A stretch of DNA of 64,000 nucleotides from an uncultured Caldilineaceae bacterium (lineage in GTDB: Bacteria; Chloroflexota; Anaerolineae; 4572-78; J111): NCBI GenBank assembly GCA_964622215.1, contig CAZUNT010000009.1, forward strand, positions 2,081 through 66,080, in the 5' to 3' direction. Position numbers and translations under genes: made by a program. Below are positions 26,754 through 35,994 of this stretch, one piece after another (position 1 is the first letter of the stretch; every line of letters begins with the position of its first letter). The notes below the pieces were generated by a model, which did not search any database, had not been told where the DNA came from, and saw nothing but the letters and a program-made list of their open reading frames with translations.

Positions 26754-27458
26754 TTAATCTACCAATCCCGCCCGCAAAGCGGCCACTAACTCGACCTCGA
26801 CCCGGCCATTGACCCGATCTCCCCGGCAGGCTGCGCTGCGAAAGCCGGCCACGTCGGGGCGCAAGCGGCGGAGTGCCGGCAAATCAGCCTGGCCTAATGA
26901 ACCGGCCAGAGCGGACAGCAAACCGGCGGCACGGCACTCGGCTATCCAGTGGGCCAGGTCCGGTTCGGCGCAGTGGTCGAACAGCCGGCGGCCGTCTTTC
27001 AGTGCCGTATCGATCAGGCAGCCTTTGATCCGGGCTGTATGGGCTACTTCGGGCAGCATACGCCAGGATAAAGCTCCGATTTCGGCGGCATCGGCATAAC
27101 CTACGGCAATCAAGGCGCAAGCGGGATTGGCCAGGTGGAGGCTGGATTGAATAAGTTGAAGGAGGGCGATAGCTTCGGCGGGGTCGGCCATCTGCAAACC
27201 TAGCTTGACGTAGCGGACGCCCAGGGTGGCCGCCCCATAGGCGGCTAAAGCCAAAACCCCCGGCGCGGAATTCGACTCACCCAGGGCGGCGCTGGCTACG
27301 CCTTCCGGGGGAAGCAGGGCACAGACATCGCGCAGGGCGGCGACAGCAGCCGCCCCCAGCGCCCCTTCGGCCGGGTTTTTAACGTCAATAATGTCGGCTC
27401 CGCCATGAATCGCGGCCTGAGCCTCTGTGGCCGAGGTCACACTAATCAGCAATTGCAT
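26754..27458 (-). CDS. mfnB: (5-formylfuran-3-yl)methyl phosphate synthase (methanofuran biosynthesis)
   Basis: MQLLISVTSATEAQAAIHGGADIIDVKNPAEGALGA, DTALKDGRRLFDH, ALAGSL and RSAACRGDR match my memory of MJ1099. Confidence 0.85.
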   Translation of the reverse strand: MQLLISVTSATEAQAAIHGGADIIDVKNPAEGALGAAAVAALRDVCALLPPEGVASAALGESNSAPGVLALAAYGAATLGVRYVKLGLQMADPAEAIALLQLIQSSLHLANPACALIAVGYADAAEIGALSWRMLPEVAHTARIKGCLIDTALKDGRRLFDHCAEPDLAHWIAECRAAGLLSALAGSLGQADLPALRRLRPDVAGFRSAACRGDRVNGRVEVELVAALRAGLVD

Positions 27459-27596
27459 AGAAACCCTCCCTAAAACTTGATGGTTTGACGAACCTTTTTT
27501 TAAACTTATAATCTAATGTATTCCCGCAGAGAATTTTAAAAAGCATAACATTAATATTCTACCAGGTCAAAGCTTGACCATAAGGGGGTAAAAATC

Positions 27597-27956
27597 ATGT
27601 CCAAAGAGCTTAAAGCTTATAGCGAAGAAGAAGTCAAGGAAAAGTTGGCCAAGGAACTGCCCGGCTGGTATTTGGAAGGCAGGTGGATCCGGCGTCAGTA
27701 CAAAACCGATGGCTGGCAGGCCACGCTGATGCTGGTGAATACCATTGGCTACATCGCCGAGGCAGCCTTTCATCACCCGGATTTAGAGGTGACCTGGGCC
27801 AAAGTTTGGGTCAAATTGATGACCCATTCGGCTAACGGCATCACCGACAAGGATTTTGATCTGGCCAAGCAGATCGAGGCGGTGGTGCTGTGGCGGCCGG
27901 ATAAGGAATCGGTGTTTGAGGGGGGCACACCCAACAAGTGGGTCCGGAGTGGTTGA
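27597..27956 (+). CDS. phhB: Pterin-4a-carbinolamine dehydratase (PCD/DCoH family)
   Basis: EGRWIRRQYKT..., AEAAFHHPDLEVTWAKVWVKLMTHS, GITDKDFDLAKQIE. Confidence 0.85.
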   Translation: MSKELKAYSEEEVKEKLAKELPGWYLEGRWIRRQYKTDGWQATLMLVNTIGYIAEAAFHHPDLEVTWAKVWVKLMTHSANGITDKDFDLAKQIEAVVLWRPDKESVFEGGTPNKWVRSG

Positions 27957-29412
27957 TTGGTCGCCATTCAATAAAATTCTGTTTGTAACCGGCCGGCTGG
28001 CCGAGCCAGCTTTGCGTCGTACCCTGGCGGGGTTAAAACTGCCGTGCGCTTACGATATTGTCGTGATGCCCATCTCGATCGCGGCCCTCATGACGACGTC
28101 GTGGCTGGCGCGCCATTTTACACTGCCTGAAAGTCATCCCCGCCATCGCCGCATTCCCCCCGATTGCGATTTACTTATGATTCCCGGCCATTGCCAGGGT
28201 GAGCTGGCCGAAATCGAGCGGGCTTGCCGGCTGCCTGTCCAAAAGGGGCCAACCGACTTGCAAGACCTGCCCCACTTTTTTGGACAGAAACGGCAGCGCG
28301 AAGATTACGGCCGTTACGATGTGCAGATTATGGCCGAAATTCAAGATGCGCTGCAACTCACTGAAGCCGCCCTGCTGAGCCGGGCTGACTATTACCGAAC
28401 CGGCGGCGCAGATGTCATCGATGTGGGGATTACTCCCGGCAGTTCCCCCGACCATGTGGCTCGTACAGTGCAGCGGCTCAAGCAGGCCGGTTACCAGGTC
28501 AGCGTTGACAGTATGGTTCCGGCCATCATCCAGGAAGCCGATGCAGCCGGGGCCGACTACATCTTAAGCCTCAACGGCAGCAACCTGGAACTAGGACGCA
28601 CCCTGCGAGCCAAGGCGGTGGTTATCCCCGATGAAGAGGGTGATGTAACTTCCCTCTGGCGCAATGCCGAGCAGATGTGGGCCTGGGGTCAAGAGTGCAT
28701 CTTGGACCCGATCATACAGCCCATCAGCTTTGGCTTTAGCCGCTCCCTGACTGACCTTTATCACACCCGCGAGCGTTACCCTACCGCTGCCTTAATGATG
28801 GGCGTCCACCATCTCAGCGAATTGACCGATGCCGACAGCACCGGGATCAATGCTCTGTTGATGGGCATTGCCCAGGAGTTGAAACTCTCTTTTGTGTTAA
28901 CCACCGAGGTCGCCCCGTGGGCCAGAGGCAGCGTGCGCGAATTGGATATCGCCCGCCGCTTGATGCACTATGCCGTCAACGCGGGGCTGCCGCCGAAACG
29001 CCTGGAAGAAGGACTGCTGACGATCAAAGAGAGCCGCCTGCTGCGGCAGGATGAGGCGACGCTGCGTGAAATGCAAGCGGCCCTCACCGACCCAAATTAT
29101 CGTATCTTTGTTGACGACCGGCAAATCTACGTTTTTAACGCCGACCGCTTTATTACCGGCGCGGATATCGAGGCTATTTTTGGACAGTTGGCGGTTGACG
29201 AAGCAGGGCATGCCTTCTATCTGGGGCATGAACTGACCAAAGCCCAGTTAGCCTTGTTGTTGGGCAAAAACTACCAGCAGGACCAACCCTTGCGTTGGGG
29301 TTATTTAAAGGTTGAAGAAATTCAGCCGGCGCACGAGCGACACATCCGCCTGACTCAGCGCCGACGGCATCCACCCCCCGACTCAAACGAAGAGATAAAT
29401 CATGATCATTGA
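27949..29412 (+). CDS. Dihydropteroate synthase-related protein (MJ0107/TIGR00284 type)
   Basis: Pterin-binding-type GGADVIDVGITPGSSP. The GTG at 27949 overlaps the PCD stop. 487 aa. Confidence 0.7.
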   Translation: MVDWSPFNKILFVTGRLAEPALRRTLAGLKLPCAYDIVVMPISIAALMTTSWLARHFTLPESHPRHRRIPPDCDLLMIPGHCQGELAEIERACRLPVQKGPTDLQDLPHFFGQKRQREDYGRYDVQIMAEIQDALQLTEAALLSRADYYRTGGADVIDVGITPGSSPDHVARTVQRLKQAGYQVSVDSMVPAIIQEADAAGADYILSLNGSNLELGRTLRAKAVVIPDEEGDVTSLWRNAEQMWAWGQECILDPIIQPISFGFSRSLTDLYHTRERYPTAALMMGVHHLSELTDADSTGINALLMGIAQELKLSFVLTTEVAPWARGSVRELDIARRLMHYAVNAGLPPKRLEEGLLTIKESRLLRQDEATLREMQAALTDPNYRIFVDDRQIYVFNADRFITGADIEAIFGQLAVDEAGHAFYLGHELTKAQLALLLGKNYQQDQPLRWGYLKVEEIQPAHERHIRLTQRRRHPPPDSNEEINHDH

Positions 29413-29959
29413 ATGTATTTTAACCACCACTGACGCCGCCGGCCAGGTCAATTGCGCTCCTATGGGGGTGGAGTGGGGCGAGGAGATCATTGTCGTCAAG
29501 CCGTACCAGGATACTGCCACTTACCGCAACCTCAGCGCACGTAATTCCGCCATTGTCAACCTGACCGATAATGTGCTGCTGTTTGCCCAAAGCGCTATTG
29601 CCAACCCCGTTTTTCCCACCCGGCCGGCTGTGATGGTGGCCGGGGTGGTGCTGCAAGATGTCTGCTCCTGGCGTGAAGTGCAAGTCGAGACCATCGACAG
29701 CCACGAGCCGCGGGCGCGAATCACTACCCGGGTGGTGTATCACGGCTTCGCCCGCGAGTTTTTGGGCTTCAACCGCGCCCGCCACGCCGTACTCGAGGCC
29801 GCTATCCTGGCCACGCGGACCCGCTTTCTGCCACGTGAGCAAATTTTGCCCGAATTCGAGCGCCTTCAGGTGATTGTCGAGAAAACTGCCGGCGCACAGG
29901 AGCGCGAAGCCATGCAAATTTTGACCGATTATGTTTATGCTGCCCTGGAGGTTCGATGA
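29402..29959 (+). CDS. DUF447 (OrfY-type, FMN-binding split-barrel-like) protein
   Basis: MIIECILTTTDAAGQVNCAPMGV... Size and cluster context match. Overlaps both neighbouring genes. Confidence 0.65.
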   Translation: MIIECILTTTDAAGQVNCAPMGVEWGEEIIVVKPYQDTATYRNLSARNSAIVNLTDNVLLFAQSAIANPVFPTRPAVMVAGVVLQDVCSWREVQVETIDSHEPRARITTRVVYHGFAREFLGFNRARHAVLEAAILATRTRFLPREQILPEFERLQVIVEKTAGAQEREAMQILTDYVYAALEVR

Positions 29960-30900
29960 AAACGGTGTATGTCAAAGCCCCGGCCCGGCTGCACCTGGGT
30001 ATGATCGATATTAGTGGTAGTTTAGGCCGCCGCTTTGGCGGTCTGGGCGTGGCGATTGCCAGGCCGGCCGTGATTCTGGAAGCCAGCCTCAGTAACCAAC
30101 TCACGGCGGAAGGTCCCAGCGCCGACCGGGTCTTGGAATTTGCCCGCCGCTACCTGAGGGCGACCGGTCTCCAGGTTGGGGCCCACTTCTGCATTGATCA
30201 AGCCATTCCCTCGCATGTTGGGCTTGGCTCTGGCACCAAGTTAGGGCTGGCAGTTGCCCAGGCTCTGGCTACCCTGTACGATCAGCCCACTGACCCATAC
30301 ACATTAGCCGGGGCAGTAGGTCGAGCGGAACGTTCGGCCGTAGGGTTGTGGACTTTTGTCCAGGGTGGGTTCGTGGTTGAAGGGGGGTATTGGCCCGAAA
30401 GTAATCTCCCCGCGCCGCTGCTGCTGCGCTACCCGATGCCGGCCAATTGGTATTGCATTTTAGCTATCCCTGACCAGATTACCGGCTTAAACGGTCATGC
30501 CGAGGCGACAGCCTTTGACCAGTTGGCGATTCCCGCCGATCAAGCCGCCCGAATTGCGCATGTCGTCCTGATGTCATTACTGCCGGCCCTGGTTGAAGGC
30601 CAACTCGGTGAATTTGGCGCGGCTTTAACCCAGGTTCAACGTTTGGTGGGTGATTGTTTTAGTTCAGTTCAAGGAGGGCAGTTCGGCAACTCTCGCTCGG
30701 CTGAGTTGGTTGAGGCCTTCTTGCGCTGGGGCGCGGTTGGGGCCGGTCAAAGTTCCTGGGGGCCGGCCGTGTATGGGTTAGCAGCCGACGAAACCCAGGG
30801 GCGCCAACTGGTCCATTTGGCTGAGGAATTTTTGGCCGGCAAGGGCTTGGTAGATTTGGTCACATTCGACAACCAGGGTGTCAGGGTTGAAAAGGGGTAG
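29956..30900 (+). CDS. mptG: Beta-ribofuranosylaminobenzene 5'-phosphate synthase (GHMP-kinase fold)
   Basis: VKAPARLHLGMIDISGSLGRRFGGLGVAI, PSHVGLGSGTKLGLA. Confidence 0.85.
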   Translation: MKTVYVKAPARLHLGMIDISGSLGRRFGGLGVAIARPAVILEASLSNQLTAEGPSADRVLEFARRYLRATGLQVGAHFCIDQAIPSHVGLGSGTKLGLAVAQALATLYDQPTDPYTLAGAVGRAERSAVGLWTFVQGGFVVEGGYWPESNLPAPLLLRYPMPANWYCILAIPDQITGLNGHAEATAFDQLAIPADQAARIAHVVLMSLLPALVEGQLGEFGAALTQVQRLVGDCFSSVQGGQFGNSRSAELVEAFLRWGAVGAGQSSWGPAVYGLAADETQGRQLVHLAEEFLAGKGLVDLVTFDNQGVRVEKG

Positions 30901-31645
30901 GAGTGCCCCGCAACTTCAACGCCGCCTCTGCTTCGGCCAGATGAGCTTCTGTGTTGATGCCCAGGGTTTCAATCAGATCGGCCGTGGTAACCGCTTTGAC
31001 TGAATACCCCTGCTGCACGGCAATAGCCACTAAATCAGTCAGATAGTATTCCCCTTTAGGACTTACCTCAATTTTAGCCAGGTTAGGCCACAGCCAATCA
31101 GCCCGGATGCAGTAAACGCCGACGTTCAACTCTTTGATGGTCAACTGCTCTGGAGTGCAATCTGCTTCCTCTACAATGGCAATGACGGCTCCCTTTTCAT
31201 CCCGGACAATGCGGCCAAAACCACGCGGCTCTTCGGCCATGACGGTTAGCATAGTCAAGGGGCCAGAGTTGCTGGCCTGCAAATTAACCAATTTGCTCAG
31301 AGTGGATCGGCTAAGAAGTGGCATGTCGCCATACAAGATCAAGATATTACCGGGATGGCTTCTTAAGAGAGGCTCGACTTGGGCAACAGCATGACCCGTA
31401 CCCAACTGTGCTGTCTGTTCGGCGTAAAGGACGCTAGGGCCTACGTTCTCTCGGACCAGGTCGGCCCGGTGGCCGACGACTAAAACTATCTTGGTGGGAT
31501 CAAGTTGCCGCGCGGTTTGAATAACATGCTGAATTAAAGGCCGCCCCTCCAGGTGGTGCAACACTTTCGGCAGATCGGATTTCATGCGCGTGCCTTTGCC
31601 GGCAGCCAAGATGATGACCGCCAAAGGGGGAGATGATTTTGTCAT
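30881..31645 (-). CDS. Sugar-1-phosphate nucleotidyltransferase, GlmU N-terminal-domain-like (no acetyltransferase domain)
   Basis: ILAAGKGTRMKSDLPKVLHHLEGRPLIQHVI, YGDMPLL. 254 aa. The 3' end overlaps the mptG 3' end by 20 bp (convergent). Confidence 0.8.
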   Translation of the reverse strand: MTKSSPPLAVIILAAGKGTRMKSDLPKVLHHLEGRPLIQHVIQTARQLDPTKIVLVVGHRADLVRENVGPSVLYAEQTAQLGTGHAVAQVEPLLRSHPGNILILYGDMPLLSRSTLSKLVNLQASNSGPLTMLTVMAEEPRGFGRIVRDEKGAVIAIVEEADCTPEQLTIKELNVGVYCIRADWLWPNLAKIEVSPKGEYYLTDLVAIAVQQGYSVKAVTTADLIETLGINTEAHLAEAEAALKLRGTPTPFQP

Positions 31646-31659
31646 TGAAGATTCCTTGT

Positions 31660-33060
31660 CTATTTTTTGACCAACTCAGCTTCTATTAAAGGCCGCACTT
31701 CTCGCTCGATCCGTTCCATCTCCGCCGCCGTTTCCCCTTCGGCTCGAAAAGTGAGCGCGGGTTGGGTATTCGATGGACGGATTAAGGCCCACCCGTGTTC
31801 AAACACAATTTTTACCCCATCGGTCGTATCAACAGCATGGGTGGTTTGAAAATGCGCAAGGATGTTCTGGACAACCCGGGCTTTGTCGTCGTCCGGGCAG
31901 AAAATACGGTAGTTGGGCGTAGTGTGATACCGGGGTAAATCGGCAATGAGGCTGGAAACGGCTTGCCCGCTGCCAGAGATGTAATTGAGCAGTTTAATGC
32001 TGGCTAGAATCGCGTCGTCAAAGCGGAATTCGCCGTCCAGGCAAAAGATGTGGCCGGCTGCTTCACCTCCCAGAGTCGCTCCTACTTCCTGCATTTTGTG
32101 ATGCACAAAGGCATACCCTACCGGCGCAGGATAGGATTGGCCCCCATGGGCCACAATATCATCCCCTAGGGCTTTAGTGCTGGAAATATCATGAACTACT
32201 TTGAAGGGGCCTTGTTGGGCTGCTTGCCGGGCCAACAGCATCAGGATAATATCGCCAAAGTGAACCTCTCCCTGGTCGTCAACCAGCACAACCCGGTCGC
32301 CGTCGCCGTCATAGGCCAACCCCACAGCGGCCTTCTCGGCCCGCACTCGTTCCGACAAAACCGCCAACGCTCCGGAGGCTGTGGGGTCGGGGTTACGATT
32401 CGGAAAATTGCCATCCGGTTCACAGAAAAGTTCAATCACCTGGCAGCCCAGACCGCGCAAGAGTTGGGGGACGATGAGACCATTGGTTCCATTTCCGCCG
32501 TCAACCACAACTTTTAAGACCTTTGAGGTACGCTTTGCGGAAACCTCAAAGGTCTGCTGGGGTGATGGGAAGTGAGCCAAGACTTTATCCAGGTAAGTGG
32601 GAATAATCTGGGCCTGCTCTACCAGGCCTGGGCGATTTGGCTCTGAGGTTGCCCCTGCCGTAGTAGCCAGCCGGTAGATTTCCTGAAATTCGTCTGCATC
32701 CAGAGTCCGGCGCCTGTTGCGAATTTTGAAACCATTGTGCTCCGGGGGATTATGGCTGGCGGTCACCATAACCCCACCCGCGGCGGCATAGAAATCAGTG
32801 GCAAAATTATGTACGGGGGTGGGAACAACCCCTACGTCAATGACTTTGAGGCCGCTGTGGCTGAGTCCCTGGATGAACGCCTGGCTAATGCGGGCGGAAC
32901 TAAGCCGCACATCCTGGCCAACCACCAGGTTATAGCCTTCGCCCTGCTTGAAAAATGCACCAATAGCTCGTCCGATGAGGCCGACCGTTTCGTCGGTTAA
33001 ATCCCGGTCGGCTATGCCTCTAATACTAAACTCACGAAAAATATTAGGATTGATAAGCAT
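31660..33060 (-). CDS. Phosphomannomutase/phosphoglucomutase-family protein
   Basis: TASHNPPEHNGFK, AYDGDGDRVV, GGEAAGHIF. Start set to MLINPNIF (33060). Confidence 0.85.
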   Translation of the reverse strand: MLINPNIFREFSIRGIADRDLTDETVGLIGRAIGAFFKQGEGYNLVVGQDVRLSSARISQAFIQGLSHSGLKVIDVGVVPTPVHNFATDFYAAAGGVMVTASHNPPEHNGFKIRNRRRTLDADEFQEIYRLATTAGATSEPNRPGLVEQAQIIPTYLDKVLAHFPSPQQTFEVSAKRTSKVLKVVVDGGNGTNGLIVPQLLRGLGCQVIELFCEPDGNFPNRNPDPTASGALAVLSERVRAEKAAVGLAYDGDGDRVVLVDDQGEVHFGDIILMLLARQAAQQGPFKVVHDISSTKALGDDIVAHGGQSYPAPVGYAFVHHKMQEVGATLGGEAAGHIFCLDGEFRFDDAILASIKLLNYISGSGQAVSSLIADLPRYHTTPNYRIFCPDDDKARVVQNILAHFQTTHAVDTTDGVKIVFEHGWALIRPSNTQPALTFRAEGETAAEMERIEREVRPLIEAELVKK

Positions 33061-33142
33061 GGCCCCGATTGTAGCAGTGAGCAATAGAATTACCAAATTT
33101 ATATGAGGGTACGTTTGCGGCGGTCGTTAGCCGGCGGTCAAA

Positions 33143-33901
33143 TTAAGCAAGCAGTTGAGCGGTTGTTTGTTTGAGGCTGATTGTCAAGGGATGATCGGGA
33201 TACATTAGGGCAAAGATATGGGCGTTGGCCGAGGCCATTAAATCCTGAGAGTGAGGCAGAATAGCCACTACTTCACATTGGTAAGCTTTTTGCAATTCTG
33301 ATTTGACGGCAGCAAAGTTAAAAGTCAAGGGTACTTCATTGACTACCAGAACCCGCCGGGGCGGCATGTCGAGTTGTGTGGTCAGGTCAACTAGGACGCT
33401 GGTTCCTTGAAAGTCTTGCCGGTCAAGGCGTAGAATGATGGCCAGGGTATTGGCAATAGCAGCAGAAGCCAGTGTTTCCGCGTTGAGGCCGGCTTGGGTG
33501 TCGATGAGCAGCACGTCGAGGTCGAGTTTCTCCTTCAACTCAAGGCAGCCGAAATTGATCAAACCGGCGTCATAACCATCGCGCAGGATTCGTTTAATCT
33601 CGCCAAAGTCGTTGCTGGCCGGAATTAAAAAAATCTGCCCGCTGAGATGGCCGGGTGAGCCTGGGGTTACGTCGTGAATGGTCTGTTGAATCTTGCACTG
33701 ACCTGCCAGGAATTCATTAAGGGTATGGTTGAAATCATTTTCCTTAAGTCCAAATAAAATGTGCAGGCTGGGCGATTCGAGATTGGTATCAAGCACCAGG
33801 ACTCGCCGTCCCTCAGCCGCCAGCAAGGCCGCTATGTTGGCCGTTACAATGGATTTGCCTGTTCCCCGGCGAAATGAATGGATAGAGATTATCTGGGTCA
33901 T
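33143..33901 (-). CDS. MinD/ParA-family (SIMIBI) ATPase-like protein, paralogue 2
   Basis: IISIHSFRRGTGKSIVTANIA is a deviant Walker A. About 50% identical by eye to 55848-56603. Confidence 0.8.
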   Translation of the reverse strand: MTQIISIHSFRRGTGKSIVTANIAALLAAEGRRVLVLDTNLESPSLHILFGLKENDFNHTLNEFLAGQCKIQQTIHDVTPGSPGHLSGQIFLIPASNDFGEIKRILRDGYDAGLINFGCLELKEKLDLDVLLIDTQAGLNAETLASAAIANTLAIILRLDRQDFQGTSVLVDLTTQLDMPPRRVLVVNEVPLTFNFAAVKSELQKAYQCEVVAILPHSQDLMASANAHIFALMYPDHPLTISLKQTTAQLLA

Positions 33902-33918
33902 GGTCGCTGCTCCAAAAG

Positions 33919-35994
33919 TTACTGCCCTGATTCACCGGAAGGTGGAACCTTGCCCGGCTCGCCACCGGGAGAGCGGCGGCTTCTAATTTCCCGGGCTTTG
34001 GCCTGCAAATCCTGGAAGAAGTCTGTGTCTACAATCTCGCTGACCTGTTTTTGGCGTTTGGCCTCATCAACCTCGATGCGGAGTTGCTGAATCTGTTGTT
34101 TGAGACTTTGCTCTCTGATGTATGCCTCCAGTGCCGCTACCGCTAATGATGAATATGATCCCATCATCTGCTGTAAATTAGCGTCAAAGGGAATGACCTG
34201 GGTGGTTTCGGGGTCCTGGGCGTTGATGAGTTGGAGCACACCCAGTACTTCACCCTCACTATTTTTCAGAGGGATAGTCAGGTAAGAGACAGAACGATAG
34301 TCAGTTTTTTCGTCAAAAATGCCAGGACCGTAATCTTCGGCAATGTCGGGTTGATAAGCATCGGCGATATTGATCGCCTCGCCAGCGCTCGCCGCGTGCG
34401 CAGCGATACTCTGATGTTCCGCACCGGGCGTGGTTTCGTCGTCATAAACGGGCAATTCCACCGGCAGCCGGGAGTGGGTAATCTCCTTGCTCCCCGCCCC
34501 GCCCATAGCAATTTTGAGGGTATCGTTGCGGACAATCACAAACTTAAGGCGATCATTTTCCTTCAGGTACACCACACCGGCATCGGCATTACAGAACTGC
34601 TTGGCTTCGACCAGCATCTTTTCCAGTAGCCGGTTGAAATCTTTTTCCGAAGATAATTCCACGCCGATGGGAATAACCACGTGGAGCAGGTCATCGGCTC
34701 GCTTCTTTTCTTTTCTTACCTGGAACAGGGTTCGGCGGAGTTGGCCGGTCATGTTGTTGAAAGTTGCAGCCAGCGTGCCAATCTCGTCAGCCGATTCGAC
34801 CCGGGCTTGGGCTTCCAGGTCGCCTTCTCTAATTCGTTCCGCCACCGCCGTCAGTCGGCGTACCGGCCTGGCTACCGCCACTTGAGAAACAAAGCCCATC
34901 GCCAGGCCCACCAAAAGAGCGATGATGCCGCCGCCGAGAATCCACTGATTGGTATTGGTCAGAGCGCGCCGTCCCTCGGCCAGCTCACTTCTTAGCGACG
35001 TTTGCTGGCTGTTAACCAGTTCACCCAATGTTTGCTGCATATCATTAGCCAGCGGCACGGCTTCTGTTCTAAAACGGTATAAATCTTCTCGCCAGCGGTC
35101 ACCTTCCAGGGTGCTAAACATCTGCTCAGGTAATTTCAGGAAAGCCTCACGATTTTGAGTTATCTCGTCGAGCAATTTTTGCTGGCTGGGGTTGAGCATG
35201 GCGCGGGTGCGGGCGCTGGATAATCGTTCCCAGACATTATCGTTGTCGGTGCGGTTGACTTCATATTCTCCACGATAGATACGATTGCGGGTGGTGACAT
35301 AGCCGCGCAGCGCCGACAGCATAGCCGCAAAATTGCCCTGAAATTGGGCCATATCTTGCAAGAGGGCCAAATTTTCGGTGGTTGGCTCGCTTTGGCCTTG
35401 CGTCTCGATCAAGGTCTTGGTGGTAATCAAGACCTTGCCGGCATTACGGATGCCTTCTGTGGCCAAAAGTTTATAAGCCGGCTCGCGTTCCAGTTGATCA
35501 TTACGCAACTCGAAGAGCTGATTGGGCAAAGTTGACCATCGCTCATAATCAGTTTTGAGCTTTTCCAGGCGGCGCTGATTTTCCGGGTCTGGATTTTGGG
35601 TTAACAGCCGCTCCAGCTCGGCCAGGTCGGCCTCAAACGAACGGCTGGTCTGCTCGAAGCTGTCACCATATTTGGTATCCTGGTCGCCCAGAGCCAGGTA
35701 GCCTTGCACATCGCCCAGCATTTGGAGCAAATCAGCCTGGGCCTGGGCAGCGATGAGCGCCGCCGGCATACGCACATTTTCGGTCAGATTAATCCGGGTA
35801 GTGGCCCGGAAACTGCCCAGGAAGCTAATCCCAGCGCTCACAAAAATCAACGCCACCAGGATGCCAAAACCAATGGTCAGTTTGCTCCCGATTTTGAGAT
35901 TCCTGAGAAATGCCGGAAATTGAAGGTAGGAGGGTTGATCGGCCGGCATTAAAACCGGTTGGTGAGTCTCCTCGACTGAAACTTGACTAGTCAT
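33919..35994 (-). CDS. Membrane sensor: CHASE3-like periplasmic region - TM - HAMP - GAF - C-terminal coiled coil, with no recognisable output domain
   Basis: Two TM segments. HAMP (PVRRLTAVAERIREGDLEA..IGTLAATFNNMTGQL). GAF-like region (FCNADAGVVYLKENDRLKF...GVLQLINA). Confidence 0.75.
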   Translation of the reverse strand: MTSQVSVEETHQPVLMPADQPSYLQFPAFLRNLKIGSKLTIGFGILVALIFVSAGISFLGSFRATTRINLTENVRMPAALIAAQAQADLLQMLGDVQGYLALGDQDTKYGDSFEQTSRSFEADLAELERLLTQNPDPENQRRLEKLKTDYERWSTLPNQLFELRNDQLEREPAYKLLATEGIRNAGKVLITTKTLIETQGQSEPTTENLALLQDMAQFQGNFAAMLSALRGYVTTRNRIYRGEYEVNRTDNDNVWERLSSARTRAMLNPSQQKLLDEITQNREAFLKLPEQMFSTLEGDRWREDLYRFRTEAVPLANDMQQTLGELVNSQQTSLRSELAEGRRALTNTNQWILGGGIIALLVGLAMGFVSQVAVARPVRRLTAVAERIREGDLEAQARVESADEIGTLAATFNNMTGQLRRTLFQVRKEKKRADDLLHVVIPIGVELSSEKDFNRLLEKMLVEAKQFCNADAGVVYLKENDRLKFVIVRNDTLKIAMGGAGSKEITHSRLPVELPVYDDETTPGAEHQSIAAHAASAGEAINIADAYQPDIAEDYGPGIFDEKTDYRSVSYLTIPLKNSEGEVLGVLQLINAQDPETTQVIPFDANLQQMMGSYSSLAVAALEAYIREQSLKQQIQQLRIEVDEAKRQKQVSEIVDTDFFQDLQAKAREIRSRRSPGGEPGKVPPSGESGQ

